Of a DNA stretch of 64,000 nucleotides, positions 63,000 through 64,000 are shown in pieces. Made by a program: the position numbers and the translations under genes. Numbering within the stretch: position 1 is the stretch's first letter; each line of letters begins with the position of its first letter. The notes beneath the pieces were generated by a model. That model did not search any database. It was not told the origin of the DNA and worked only from the letters and a program-made list of their open reading frames with translations. This DNA is from Tubiluchus corallicola (Eukaryota; Animalia; Priapulida): positions 62,001-126,000 of the forward strand of contig JAQGDQ010000033.1 of NCBI GenBank assembly GCA_030141605.1, given 5' to 3'.

Positions 63000-64000
63000 C
63001 TATAAAAATTTCACGGTATACTAGGAAAGTATCATTAATATATTAATTGTACATTATAACACAGTATAATCAAAGCAGACAATATACTATTAACAGATGA
63101 TTCAAGAAAAACAGACAGAGTTCTCGAGTGGTAAACACCAACTAAAGGTATATAGCTTCTTAAAGCATAAATTAGCTGGAGTGTAGAACATAGCTAGAAC
63201 AGAAAAATGGTAATACAGTTAGGGTTGGACTTGACATGAAAAGAAAGCTTCAATTATACAATAAAGCTTACACTACATATAAACTGTAATGCAATTTTAA
63301 TTGTGAACATTCTACATAATGTAATTACTTTCTTTAAATGAATTATAAAAATTGTGTAAAGTCGATATTCCAAAATAAATAAAGTTAAAGTAAACTAAAG
63401 AGTAAATTTGTTTGTTTAAGTCAGGCTTTTTCAGCACGTTTATTAGCAACATTAATTATAAATTTGTGCGCATTCAGGTTTGCCAAATTTTTCTGAAATG
63501 CAAGAAGCGGAAGCATTTTCAAGCCTGCTTAAGACCTGGTGCAGTAATTCTCAGCATTCCTCTAGGGTGTAAATTTAACAAATTTTTTTTTCTGCCAGAA
63601 ATAGGGGCAGGCAGCAGAAACAATCTGCTTGTCCTCACACATTTTTGCTAGTCCCCATTTTCTCTAGAAAATTTTTGTATTATGTGAAAGTCACAATATC
63701 GCAATAAAATTTGCATTTGTAGGTCAGTCTGTAGATACACACGGTCTGAAACAAACTAAATAATGCCAAACCAGTTACATTTTGAATGTTAAAGCATATT
63801 GAATAGTAAAAATCAGTACTTATACACATATAACACTAATACAGGTTGATTTATAAATCATGATTGTCAAATCTTTGTTGTAAGATGCTATACTGCCAGC
63901 AGACGAATTCTACTGTAGATGCTATACATACTGCATAGCTGAGAATAAGTCATTCTATTCAGTGGCAATATAACTACATGACAGAGCTTCTAGAAAGCAA

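Overview
AT-rich, intron-rich eukaryotic DNA, most likely from a protostome invertebrate (inferred from protein motifs and SINE types); almost none of the supplied ORFs are complete genes. Three spliced genes were reconstructed by hand with phase-consistent GT-AG introns. (1) A complete 4-exon PRD-class homeobox gene of the Prop/unc-42/CG32532 family (minus strand, CDS 25078->1924, ~247 aa), with 8.3 and 13.4 kb introns rich in enhancer-like islands. (2) MCFD2 (plus strand, ATG at 40014), which has TWO tandem, intact, divergent last exons, each encoding EF-hand 2. (3) The JmjC ribosomal oxygenase NO66/RIOX1 (minus strand, 17 exons visible, 5' end outside the window), whose last exon lies 5.2 kb from the rest. 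Also present: a hAT-type MITE, two LINE relics, MetaSINE-, tRNA- and 5S-like SINE fragments, microsatellites and a strong 64-nt hairpin. The most notable observation is the duplicated alternative terminal exon of MCFD2. Next are the possible Prop regulatory block reaching into NO66 and the CpG mosaic across the window.
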